Source: Octopus bimaculoides
Taxonomy: Eukaryota
Assembly: GCF_001194135.2 (NCBI RefSeq)
Contig: NC_068986.1
Span: 1,036,535 to 1,082,630 of the forward strand
Direction of reading: 5' to 3'
DNA: 46,096 nt
Program-made: the position numbers and the translations under genes
In this document: piece after piece, positions 25,089 to 38,867 of the stretch
How the letters are laid out: every line of letters starts with the position of its first letter
Numbering within the stretch: position 1 is the first letter of the stretch
Notes under the pieces: model-generated
What the model was told of the DNA's origin: nothing
The model's database searches: none
What the model saw: only the letters and a program-made list of their open reading frames with translations

Positions 25089-28000
25089 GCATATGTATAT
25101 CATCATCATCATCATTGTCAATTAATGTCTGTCTTCCATGTTGGCATGGGTTGAATGCTTTGACAAGATCTGGGGAGCTGAGGCACTGCACCAAGCCTCA
25201 CTGTCTGCTTTGGAATGGTTTTTACTGAATACCCTTGCAGAGGGGACGTTTTATGTAGCATCAGCAGCAGCAAGGCCCCCACATAACTTGCAAGATGAAG
25301 ATCCCTTAACTGAGAGGGGTAGGGGTGTTAAAGGAGGTGGTTTTGTGTCAGGTGATGAGCAGTTAAACTGTGACAGCTGGACAGAAACAGGTGTCTTGTT
25401 ATAGAGGAGATGCATATTTGGAAGGGAGAGAGAGAGAGAGAGAGAGAGAGCAAGAGAGATGGTGGCTCTGTGCCAGGGCATACTCTCAAGATACAAGGAT
25501 GTTAATATAAATGAAGTGAGAGAGGCTTGCTCAGGGTGTATGAGTAGGGAGTTGATGAAGGTGGGAAAAGGGTGGAGAGAATACAGTGAGTGATGAAACA
25601 TGAGTATATAATGGAGTAATTGTTCGACTAGAGGTGGTGCTTCAGCATGGCCGCAGTCAAATGACAGAAACAAGTAAAAGAATAAAAGAATATATTTATA
25701 TCTATTGTGGGAGAAACTGCTTTTGAAGACTCATACTGTTGTTCAGTGCTCAAAATGAGGAGTCGATAGGCAGCTGACAACTGATGAAGGGTCGTTCTTT
25801 ATGTTATTTGTCCTGCTTTCTATTTGTTTCTCTCGTTTGCATATTCAACTCATTTGTTTCCATATTTCATGTTATTTACTGTTTGTGACATCCTGTACTC
25901 ATATATATAAATATATATATATATATTTAAATTCAATAATAGGACGAATTCTTTTACAAGAATTTATCAAGTAGCTAACGTGAAAAAACCTCATAAGGGA
26001 AAAAATCCATCATTTATTCCCGAAATATATATTTATATATATATAAGGGCATTACTATACAATAATGCCTCACGCTATGAAGGACTCTAAGGTCAGACTA
26101 CCATAAAAAACACATTTTTACCGTGCTTTTAATGGTAGTCTGACCTTAGAGTCCCTCATAGCGTGAGGCGTTATTGTATAGTAATGCCCTTATATAAATA
26201 TANNNNNNNNNNNNNNNNNNNNNNNNNNNNNNNNNNNNNNNNNNNNNNNNNNNNNNNNNNNNNNNNNNNNNNNNNNNNNNNNNNNNNNNNNNNNNNNNNN
26301 NNNNNNNNNNNNNNNNNNNNNNNNNNNNTGTTATATATGTATGTGTGTGTTTGTGTGTCTGTGTTTGTCCCCCCAACATCGCTTGACAACCGATGCTGGT
26401 GTGTTTACGTCCCCGTAACTTAGCGGTTCGGCAAAAGAGACCGATAGAATAAGTACTAGGCTTACAAAGAATAAGTCCTGGGTCAATTTGCTCGACTAAA
26501 GGCGGTGCTCCAGCATGGCCGCAGTCAAATGACTGAAACAAGTAAAAGAGTAAAAGAGTAAAGAGTATATAGGTAGACAGGTAGACAAACAGACAGACAG
26601 ACAGACAGATAGACAGATATAGATATATATGTATGCATATTATAAGGTGAATAAAATATAACTTAGGACCAAAATGCAATATTTGTTGATAGCAAGAGTT
26701 TAAAATAGTAAGTAGATTAATGAATGAAGATGTTTTCCTGTTTTTATTGTTTTCTATTTATTTTAGTTCGTAGGACATATTTATCTCACTCAAGTATTTC
26801 TGGGGAGGAACTTAAAATTAAGGAAAGCGAGTGAGTATTTTTAGATTTGTTGATGCTGTTGTTAGTTACAGATCATTTCTGATTGAGCATTTCTGTTTTG
26901 TTTTCCTTGACTTCTCTTCTCCTTTTACTAACTCCATGCATACAACACATTCAGTTTTTGCATTCACTCACACTTGTATACTGCTGTACTTTGATAAAAC
27001 CTGTCAACACTTACCTTCGTTCATTTGACACATGACTGTTTGTTCAATATCCATTTCCACTCTCTGTTCTCCTCTACTAAAAAACTACATGCTCATCATC
27101 ATCATCATCTCATAGCCATGCTCCATGCTGACATGGGTTGGATGGTTTGATGGATCCTGTGGGTCCAGGGTCTGCATCGAGCATCTGTGTTTTCTTTGGC
27201 ATAGTTTCTACATCCGGATGCCCTTCCTACACTGCTTTATCCAGCATCTTCCTGGGTCTCCTGCCTCCAAAGGCAAATGCTGCTACAGCTTGGTACCAAT
27301 AACGTCACAACTCATTTCTACAGCTGAGCAAACTCAAACAATGTGAAATAAAATGTCTTGTCCAAGAATGCAACATGCATCCCAGTCCGGGTATCAAACT
27401 CACTACCACATGGTGGTGTTAAAGTTTACCACCCATGTAGGTCAAGACAGGATTTGAACTCAGAATGCAAGGAGCTGGAACAAATACTGTAAAGCATCTG
27501 ATTTTCTTAGGGTTCCAGTGGAGTCCGTCATCCCAAATTAGTATTTCTTCACTGATCTCAAAAGGAATAGAAGCAAAGTCGACTTTAACAGCATTTGCAC
27601 TCTGTTCAGATAAACTCACAACAAACACGAAGACGCATTCTTCTATCCAATGCACAAACAACTCTGTTAATTCCAAGCCTTGATTATCATCATCATCATC
27701 GTTTAACGTCCGCTTTCCATGCTAGCATGGGTTGGACGATTTGACTGAGGACTGGTGAAACCGGATGGCAACACCAGCCTCCAATCTGATTGAACATTAT
27801 TGATAATTCAAACATATTTTGAAATTTTTTTTTAATCCTAACCTCATTTTAGATTAAAAAAAAAAAAAAGAAAACTTATTTAGCTATCATTGTGCTGATC
27901 TTCAATCTTATCATCCTTTAATCATCTGATCAGATAACTTGCGTAAATCAATGCAACACTTCCACGCCAGATGTTCCAATTGAGCGATGAGGCATGAATG

Positions 28001-31000
28001 TCTAGCTTGGGTTTTAATCACATTGGTCTTTTCCCAGCTGAAATATCTCATCTGCACAAAACCAAAAATATAGACGATAGTTGTAGTTCACTAACGGAAC
28101 TGGTTAATCCTGGCCATTTTTGTTTGTTCTCCATTCATCTGTTCAGCATCCAGTGATATTTGCCCATTGATTCAATAAGTTCATTTGCGAAAACAGTCAC
28201 TTCCACCATGCAGCATCCTATGATTTTAGCATACCCTGCTTGGGTAGATACATGCTATTTAACCATAGTTGGGATATTGACTAGTGTTTATTACTCCAGG
28301 TCAGAGTAAACCTAGAAACAATAGTGCCTAAGAGGTGGTTCCACATTCCTCAAATTCTGAAACTCCTGAACCAGGACCCCACTACCAGATGTAGCTTAAA
28401 GTCTTATCCAGAATATTTCAACCTTATAATCCTTACCATACTATGGTCATTACCTCCTCACTATTATCATTATAACAATAATGATGGCCACAACTATTCT
28501 AATTGTCACTATTGCTATTACTAACATAGTAACCACTATAAACTTGACAGGAATTATAATTTTTATCACAACCAGTGTAATGACATTTATTTTCAATTAA
28601 GGAATAAAAAAGAAGAAGCTCACTAATTGCTTAAGATTGTATCCTATTGTTTTAAATTAACACCGATTTCTGTGGCAGACTGGAAGATCTTAAAGCTCAG
28701 TTGGAGAGAATAAGAGCAAAGAAAGTTGAGCTTCTAGATTTACTTAATGAATTGGAAATAAGATTGCGGACGTTAAAAGAGGATTGTCTGTAAGTAGCAT
28801 TTGATATTTCTTAATTTTATGTAAAAATTATGAGAAAATAAAGCAGAAATATATTCTTTAGGTTCCACATTTATTTATAGAAATTACATTGAAATAATGG
28901 AAACAGTAATCTTACTCAATAAATTTTCACTCTTAATATATTTAACAATTTTATGATGGCGAGCTGGCAGAAAGGTTGACTTTGCTTTTCATCCTTTCAG
29001 AGTTGATAAAATAAGTACCAGTTAAGTGTTTGGGGGTCAAGGTAATTGACTTAACCCTTCCCCCAAACTTGCTGCCAAAATTTCTAACCAATATATTTAA
29101 CCATTTTGGTAAAATTCCTCCTAAATAAATTTTAGGTAATTCTTGTACAGACATGATTTTGTGGTGAAGATTTTTGTTTTGCAATCACTTGTGTTCAGGT
29201 TTGATAAAATGATCTCATCATCATCGTTTAACGTCCGCTTTCCATGCTAGCATGGGTTGGACGATTTGCCTGAGGACTGGTGAACCAGATGGCTACACCA
29301 GGCTCTGATCTCAAGTCTGATAATATGATAAAAAGAACCTCTCTTTGCTCTCACTTGTCTCAACAACCTGCAATGAGGTCATCGCTACTCTCTTTCTCCT
29401 GATTAAACCACAGAGAAAAAGAAAAGAAAAAAAGCCCAAATCTTTGTTCAACTTTAAGAAAAGATATTGGTTTCAAATTTTGGTACAACACCAGTAATTT
29501 CAGAGAGGAATAAGTCAATTACATTGACCCCAGTGCTCAACCTGTACTTATTTTATTGACCCCGAAAGGATGAAAGGCAAAGTTGACCCTGGCGGAATTT
29601 GAACTCTGAATGTAAAGTTGGAAGAAATACCACAAAGCATTTTTGTTCTGGGGCGGTAACAATTCTGTCAGCACACTGCCTTACTTTACAAAAAGATATT
29701 ACATGTGATATTTTGTTTCTATTGCTACAGTAATGACTGTATTTCAAGCTTCATAATTATCTTACTATATTTTATACCATGTGTATCCATGTGTATCTTA
29801 AGACACAAAAGGATTGGTGGCAAGAAAGACATCTGGATAGAATATTGTTTTTGAAGAACTGTCAACCCATGCTAACATGGAAAAGTGCGATGACACTACT
29901 GCTTGCTGGTATCGATGTTTATTCTATGACATGAATTATCATAAGACTAAATCTCAATTACAGTTAATTATAAATCCAAATCCAAATGAAAATAACTGAA
30001 ATAGGTTATATGTACTTTTGAAATTACCTTTCTGGTAAAGGTGTAGAGAATAGATAAAAAGTTGTGGAGAACAGATATCATGAGAGATAATATTATTGAT
30101 CTGTAGTGATAGAAATTAAACTTTAAAGAAGGCAGCAAAGAAAATGGCTTTATGTATTCTGGAAGGATATGTGCTGAGCCTTATTTCTGGCATTGAATTA
30201 AAAGAGAATGTATTCTGTGGTGTTTGTTCTGTTATGTCATAGAATCAAAGATTATATTTTGGACTTGTTCTGGACACAAGATCTACTTACATTTTATGTT
30301 AAAGTTGATATTATTTCATATACAATTAAATTCCAAGTTAATTAGTTTACTTTTTGTTTGTTTTAATCTTCAGAAAGAGAGTTGAAGAATTGGAGGATTT
30401 TATTAACGAATACACTGAAAGACTAGCATTACTAGAAGAGAGTGTGTAAGTCATTTAGTTGTAAGAAAATATGATTTCAGATGTGGACCTTAAGTAACAA
30501 ATTTTGAGGGGAGGGTGGGGTGCACAGTTACAACTGTATCAATCCATGCCTTTGATTGGTATTTATTTAAAAATGAAAAGTAGTTAACCCCTAAGAAATT
30601 TGAACTCAGAACATAAATGGAGGAAACACAAAACTGGATAATATTCTGTCTGGTGCTGCACTAATTCTGCCAGTACCTTGCTTTTAACACTTTAATACAG
30701 AAAATCATGATGTTGCAGAAGATAAGTGTGTCAGCATGGATGATGGTTCACATGCTGTTAGTGATTCTGCAAAGAAAGAGGCCTGGAAATACTGTTATGA
30801 AAGGCTGCTGAATGTTGAGAATGCATGGGAAGAGAATCTGTCTAATGCGAACTCAACTGAGGGACCAGCGATCCGAATTGACAGTAGCTTTGGTAGATAA
30901 AGTAATTAAGGATATGAAGACAGTGAAAGTCCTCGGCCCATCAGGAATCACTACTGAGATGCTTAAAATATCTGGTGGAGTGGGATATGGCCTAGTCAGG

Positions 31001-34000
31001 TTGTCCACGAAGGAGTCATACCCAATAACTGGTGTAATACTGCTACAAAGTTCAAGCAGTCAACTGCTACGAAGTTCAAGATGAATCCTAAGACAGCCTC
31101 TCCCTCAGAGTGAAAGGCAGACTGTATGATGCCTGTGTATGTACAGCTATGCTACATAGCAGTGAAACAAAGGCTGTGACTACATTAGACTTGCAAAGGC
31201 TTGAAAGAAATGAAGCCAGCATGTTTTGCTGGACGGGTAATGTCAGTGTGCACATATGAAAGAGTGTAAATGATTTAAGAGGAAAACTGGGTATATGAGG
31301 CAACAGATACTGTGTGCAAGAGAGGAGACTGCACTAGTATGGTCTTGTGATTGATATGGATGAGGACAGCTGCTTACAAAAGTACCAATCTCTAATTATG
31401 GAGGGAACCTGTGGAAGAGGTAGCCTCAAGAACACATGGGATAAAGAGGCAAGAAAGGATCTTGAGATGCTGGGCCTTATTGAGGAAATGACAAGGGACT
31501 GAGAGTTCTGGTGATTTGCTGTACTTGAGTAGACATGTCAAGCTTTGTAAAACCGTGGCCATCCATACATACAGGCATGCCTTTGTGGCTGTGCTTCAAC
31601 TCCCTCTCCCAGCTGAGAGGTCTTTGTCTGGCAGATGCTGGCACCATGTAAATTGCACTTGTGTCAGTGACATGGAGAATGCAGTCATGCTAGTGGCATG
31701 TAGAAAGCGTCCACCACACTCTTTAAAGTGGTTGGAACCTATAGAATAAGAACCAGGCTTAAAAAATAAGTACTGGTGTTGATTTGTTTGACTAAATCCT
31801 TCATGGCTGCAGTCCAATAACTGAAACAAGAGAAAAATAAAAGATAAGCTAGCAATTGTTTATAATCTTTATTAAGTCTCTTTTTTAATATCAATTCCTC
31901 CCACCACCTGCATATCCAATCTTCCTTCTCCCGAATGTTGATCCTCCAAAATTCCCTATCAGCCCATGTTTTATCTGCAATCATCAACTTGTAACTATTC
32001 AAGATAAACATTAACCTCATAGAACTCAATAGTTATTTAGGGCCTTCACCTGTCCTGAAGGACTTGTGAGTTCAACCTCTTCTGCTAGATTAAATCAATT
32101 CCTTCTTTCCATCTTTTCCATAAACTATTCCTGAGAGGGTTGTGAGGCACCCCTTCCATAGAGTACTCTCAGAAGCAACCACCATTACACTTTTTGGCTC
32201 AATTCCCAAACATGACCAAATGATGTTATAAATATTATCCAATCACATAATTCTTGGTTTACCCCTAGGTCTCCTGTTGATTGGCTCAACTTGAAGAGTT
32301 TGTCTTGCAATTCTTTCCTATGACATTCTAACCATATGTCTGTAGTACTGTGGTCTCTCTGTGTAGAAGTAGTAGCTCGATCTGGAGAGACTCTCTGACC
32401 TCTGACCTATGCACCTTGTCAAGAGAACCTGAAATCACATGGTTGTAATGCAAGCTTCTTAACCACATTAAGAAATGTCCTTACATGTTGTCGTTTAATC
32501 ATAAGGTCATCTCTAATTGAGCAGACCTACATTATTTAAAAAAAAGAAAACAAAATATTCTTATGATTTGTATGTCTACAATATTTAGAACAAACTCTTA
32601 TTTCAGACAATCACTTGAAGATAAGAAAAGGGATTTAGCATTGGAATTAAGGCTGCTGCATGAACATCAAGAATATTTTCGAAAATCTTTACAAGCAGAA
32701 GCAGACAGAAGATTGCAATATTACAGAGAAAACAAACTCAAAGTAAGATTTTTTTAAAGACATGCTCATAAAAATAACCAAGTCCTAACTAGAGCTATCT
32801 CCAGTTAATGTTAGTTGACACTTCCTTGGTCTACTCATGCTTCTTTCTGTCTACAGTTACCTGCCAATAATATCTAATTCTATTGATTAACAGTACTCTA
32901 TTTTATGTAGGTGCAGTATGACCAGATGGCTTAGAAGTATGCTTTACAATTGTGAGGCTAGGGTTCCAATTCTGCTGGTTGACTTCTTGGGCAAGTGTCA
33001 TTTCCCATATAACCTTGAGTTGACTCCCACCTTGTAAGTGAAATTTTTTACATGGAACAGGAGGGAGAGGGTGAGACCAGTGGTACTCAGGCTCTTAACC
33101 TGTTAGATTTTCCTCTTTCAATAATCAAATATGAACGTTTCTTTTGACTCAATTCCATTCTTATGTCTGCTGAAAATGTTATTAATTCCAGCTGTTTTTT
33201 GGCATTGTTAACATTTTTAGCATAAATCTTGAGATCATCTACAAAGAAATTATGGATTACATTAATATCTCTAGCAGTTGCAGACCCTAGCATGTAGCCA
33301 TTAAATTTTTGTAGCAGGAATGATAATGGATTTAACACTAAAATGAATAAAATTACAGAAAGTCTATCTGCTTAGAATATTCCCTTTGAAATATTTATAA
33401 TATTAGAGGCAATCGTTATGCTCTCAGTTCTAACTAAGTTACCTCACTCGAATGATTTTCTTACGTGCCACCAGCACAAGTGCTAGAAGGCAACGCTGGT
33501 AACGATTACGCTCAAATGGTGCTATTTACGGGCCACTAGCATAGAAGCCAGACAGCTGCACTGTTATTCTATTTACATTTATTTGTAGTAAAAATTTGAT
33601 CCTGTCTCTTTCACATTATTGTCACCCTTTTTATGTTAACCAAAAGAAAGAAGTATATTCTTTGTTTATATATAACATGCAGTTATATTATGAAATACTG
33701 TTACATACAAAATGAAAGTGAAAAGGAAGCAAGCTGATATACAGATATATGTAATAGCAATGTAATCTTAGCATTACTTTAGTATTACCTATGTTAAAGT
33801 AATGTGTATACATTATTTTAACTAACCCTAACCCTATAAATATTCTTCAGATAGTGTAAGTTCTGATTATATCCGAATTTCTTGTGAAAAAATGTTTTGG
33901 GGAGAATGGGGAGAAAAGATTCAGAAAATTCACACAGGTCTGCTTTGTTTCCTCATAACGTTCATAAAAATGGGTACTATGAAATGAAAGTTTTAACGAA

Positions 34001-37000
34001 TGCCTTTCAGAGTGTGCAGGTTCCAATTATATTGGAATTTATTCTGGAAATAAGAATTGGTAGGATGGCACACATACATATTGACACACATCACATATTT
34101 GGGAAAATTACTATTTGCAAATTTCTCAATGAAAAATATTCAGCAACAGTACTCTAGAGTGAAGATTATTTGTCAACATAACATGGCAGTCCTGGTTTAG
34201 GATGTATGTTGCTGACACAGATCATATTGAATAGCTAGCTGGAGACGATGTTTCCTGGGGCTAAATTACAGCAACATTCGTCCTAAATTAGGACTGCCAT
34301 GTTATGTTGGCAAATAATCTTCAATCACATATTTTTTTGAAAAAAATTATTTCACAACAAAATATGTAATATCGGAATCTACATCGTCTGAAGTGTAGCT
34401 GTAGAAAATTTCATTTGAAAAATATCCACTTTTCTTAAAGTTATGAAGAAAGAAAGTCATTGGGACACATATATGTAGGTAAGCTGAAGCTAACTTTGAC
34501 CAGGACACTTGGTTACATCATTACTTGGGAATGTAGGGGGTAGTAAAACTTTGAAGAACACATTGAGGCAAGTGAAATCGAAATCAAACTAAATTTGTAG
34601 ACTGGCACCCATGCCAATGTCTCTTTCATTGAACACTAAACTTGGCTTGCGAAGACCTGTTGGGGCAAGCGAAAGCAAAATCGTGATGGCACCTGTACCA
34701 GTGGAGCACTAAGAGCACCGTCCGTGCCAGTGGCACGTGAAAAGATGTTCGAGTGAGATCGTTGCCAGTGCCGCTGGACTGGCTCCTGTGCAGGTGGCAT
34801 GTAAAATACACCATTTCGAGCATGGCCGTTGCCAGTACCTCCTGACTGGTCTTCGTGCCGGTGGCACGTAAAAGCACCCACTACACTCTCGGAGTGGTTG
34901 GTGTTAGGAAGAGCATCCAGCTGTAGAAACTCTACCAAATCAGATTGGAGCCTGGTGTAGCCATCTGGTTCACCAGTCCTCAGTCAAATCGTCCAATCTA
35001 TGCTAGCATGGAAAGTGGACGTTAAACGGTGATGATGATGATGATGATTGTAGATAATCCTTTCATTTACATTTCTGGTTTTTGAAGGAAACATGCACAC
35101 ACACTCACACACTCACACACACACACACACAAACATACATACATCCATGTGTACGATGATCAGCTTGCAGTTCCTGTCTGCTAAATCTGTTCACAAGCTT
35201 TTTTAATTGGCCTGAAATTTTAGTAGAAGATACATGTCCAGGGTGCCTCACAGTGAGACTGAACCCAAGACCACATGGTTGTGAAGCAAACTTCTTAACC
35301 ACACAGCTGTGCCCAACACCTATGGCATATTTTTCAAATGGGTGGCCATCACCTAATAAAACTCATGTCTATTCTAAAGAAAACTGCAGAATGTTGATGC
35401 AATGTGAAATGTTAAGCGTTCACCGAAATGGACAAGGTGATGGTTGTATGTCAGGAAGAGATAAAAGAAAGAATTAGCAGTTTTCAACAAATGATAGAAT
35501 TTATAGGTTTAAGAAAGAGCTGTCTCATTATGAGAAAGCCTAATTAGGTTCAATTAATTTGTCTGGAACCTAACCATAAGCAATAGGAAGTGAACTGACC
35601 TAGAAATTTGTGTTGCATAATTTATCAAAGCCTTTGCTAATATTGATTTGACAGTCTTGCAGACTTTTATGCAGTTAAAGACTTTTGCTGTGATACAGGA
35701 AAATAAATGTTCAAAACTTATTGAAGCCATATTGATATCAACTATGAGAGGAATATAATTCAAATTGCAGGAGGCAATATTTTGTAATTGAATTCATTAT
35801 GTTGAACAGTTTGGTGATAAAAATATAATGATAATAATTTATTTTTATAATTTTGGGACCTTTACAGGCTCTCTCAGACTGATGTGATTGATGGGAATGT
35901 TGTTGATGTGGCTGATGTGATTAATGTTGTTCATGTTGTTGATTAGGCTGACATCATTGCTTTTGTTGATATGATTGATGTGGTTAATGTGATTGATTAT
36001 TAAATTTAAATAAAAAAGAAGTCAGAGAGATGTTCAACTAGATTGTCTTGTAATTCATTGTTTACGCTTAAAGGATTAATTCTTAAAATGAAAACTGAAG
36101 ACTATACTAAGATTCAAATCTCACATTTTAGGTTTGAGTTTAAGAATATAGAAAACATAGTTCACAAGGGGGGAATTAGTGACAGGGTGATGTTTCTAAA
36201 TTTCCAAATTTCTAATTACATCTTCAGGCTAGACGGATTCAACAGGAAGCCCTTAGTATGAATGCACTTATCGACAAGTTAGGAGAAGAAATAAAGATGA
36301 TTAAAATCGAATTTAAAAAGACACTTAAAGCATCAGAGGAACAAATTAAAGAACAACAGGTAAGTAAATGAACCTGATTTAAACAACGGAATAGTGGCTG
36401 CCCGTATGTGAATATTGTAGGATGTTAAATCTAAATAGTCTCATCATAACAGGTAGAGAACAAAAAACAAATCAAATATAAAAACAGTTGGGTCATTAGC
36501 AATTCATTTCTTTTGCAAGGGAGAAAATCATCTTGTTCAATGAGGTAAGTTTGTTCAGCAGATTGGGTAGCTGTAACAAAGCTTTTCCATTCTTCTTGAA
36601 AAAGTTTTGCCTTGATGTCAAGATTTTGACGGTTTTAAATATTACCTGGGCAGATTTCCTCTACAGTCCAGTCCAATATCCCAAATGTTGGCACCATTAC
36701 TTTACAGTAAAAGCATTATGGGATATTATTTTGTTGTAAGAAGAAAGCTCTAGCAGATAAATAATATAAAAATCTGGTGTAAAACATTTCTGTAACTTTT
36801 AGTTCACAGCACTTTTGTGTGATATATTTTTGTCACTTAAGAGGCATTAATAGCATTTATTGATAAACAAAGGAGATAAGAGATAAACCTAATCTGAGGA
36901 GATGGATTGGCAGGTTCTCTGTTGTATAAACAGCATCAGGGTCACTTAACAACTGAAAGATACAGGATTCAAATCCTGTCAGTGAGTCATTTGTTCTTTT

Positions 37001-38827
37001 CTGATCCCTAAATTTATGCCGTTAATGTTACATATGTGTGTGACTGTGCATGCACCTGTGTGCATGCGCACATACGCATGCACACACACACACACACACA
37101 CACACAAACAATATATATCATTTTGTTTTGGGATTTGGTTTGCAAGATTCTTTATGTGAGTTCGTGTGTTGAAGCATATTCTGTTGTGTCTGGGGAGAAT
37201 CATTCTCCTTTTGTGCCTTATAATTTAACACACTCACCGGTGAAATTTCCACTTATTCCTTATTTTTATTTTCCTAAAATTTTTGTTGCGTCTTGCAACC
37301 TTTTCAATAGAGTCAAGATGCAACGAAAATTTTAGGAAAATAAAAATAAGGAATAAGTGGAAATTTCACCGGTGAGTGTGTTAAATTATAACGCACAAAA
37401 GGAGAATGACTCTCCCCAGACACAACAGAATATATATCATATTTTATCATATATTAAATGCAGGCTGGTGTTGATCAAGTTGAAGAGAACAAAGCACGAA
37501 TAACGAAGGTTGTATTGAAACGAATTCCTAATTTCAAACGCCTCCAGGTCAAACACTATAAAGTAGAAAAAATATATAACACAGAAACAAAAATGTTTTC
37601 ATGTAAGTAGGAATTTCTGCCCACTTTTCATGCAACAATCAAAACAATTCATCTTTAGATTTAGATTTCTGTCAAGTTTTTCGTATAGCTCTATCTAGTA
37701 TGCGCCAAGGATTTTCAATTGGGTTCATGTCAGGAGATTCGCTTGGCCAAGGAAGCTTTTTGATCCCATTTTTAGTCAGCCATTCTTGATTCCTTTTCAC
37801 TGTGTGGCATGGAGCCCCATCATGAATAAAAACTCATTTTTTGTTATGTTATCGGGTGAATACATCGGAAGTAGTCCGTGCATAAGTATTTTGATGTATT
37901 TTTCAAAGTTTATGGTTCCAACTCATTCGATTAGCTCAGAAGTACCATTACTGTTGACAGTTCCATATACCATTACAGAGATACCACCATGTTTCACAGT
38001 TGGTTGGAGTCGTTTCAAATCAAATTCTTGATTGGGAAGCCTCCAGACCCAAACACGTCCACTGTCTGAAAATAATGCAAATCTGGATTCATCTGAGAAA
38101 ATCACTCTATCCCAAAATGAACTGGATTTTTATGACATCTCCTTAGCCCATTTCTTTCTTTTCATGATATTAATTGGTTGAAGGAGAGGTTTTCTTCTAA
38201 TTGGTCATCCATAATACCCAAGCTTATGCAGATATGTAACACATGTTCTTGGACTAACTTCTAGCTGTTTTGCAATGTCAGAAGCCTTAGAACGGAGTTC
38301 GTTTTCCACAATTCTCTTCAAACGGTGAAGCTTCCTTTCCGAGGGCCCAGGTCAGCTGAGACGAGAATCTGTTGATTCGTTTCCTTTGCTTTTGAATTGC
38401 ACCATAATTCTATTAACAGTAGCAAGAGGAATTTGAAGATTTTCGGCAATTTTCCGTTGGTTAAGACCAGCCTCAGATTGCCCAACAATACGACCTCGTT
38501 GAAAATCTGACAGCTCTGCTGAATTTTTTTGTGCATGGCATGGTTACTCTTTGCAAATGTTTAATATAATGGCACCTGGAATGAAAAATAATAATTACAT
38601 TGTAAATTCTACACCGCTGAAAACATATTAAGATGCTTAGATCAGAAATTTTGAAAATTAAGGTGTTTATTTACTTCCTGCATGTCTGTGTATGTATGTA
38701 CCTACCTACCTACATACTTACATACATACTCACCCACCTATCCACTCTCCTCCTCATCGTCTTCTTTCTCATCATTGTCATCCTCGTCCTTCTTGTCTTC
38801 TTCCTCTTTGTCATCATTGTCATCATG

Positions 38828-38867
<40 letters not shown>

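Noticed and set aside
25781-25810. CTGATGA hammerhead-ribozyme core motif in a Penelope-like repeat context (also at 3389)
   Set aside because: No stem II followed by GAAA could be found downstream, so the catalytic core is incomplete.
27911-28051. Minus-strand acceptor-like site plus a 46-codon ORF ([13 protein letters not shown]...) suggesting a nested antisense gene
   Set aside because: No recognisable protein motif, no compatible partner exons, and the only nearby donor implies a 44-nt intron.
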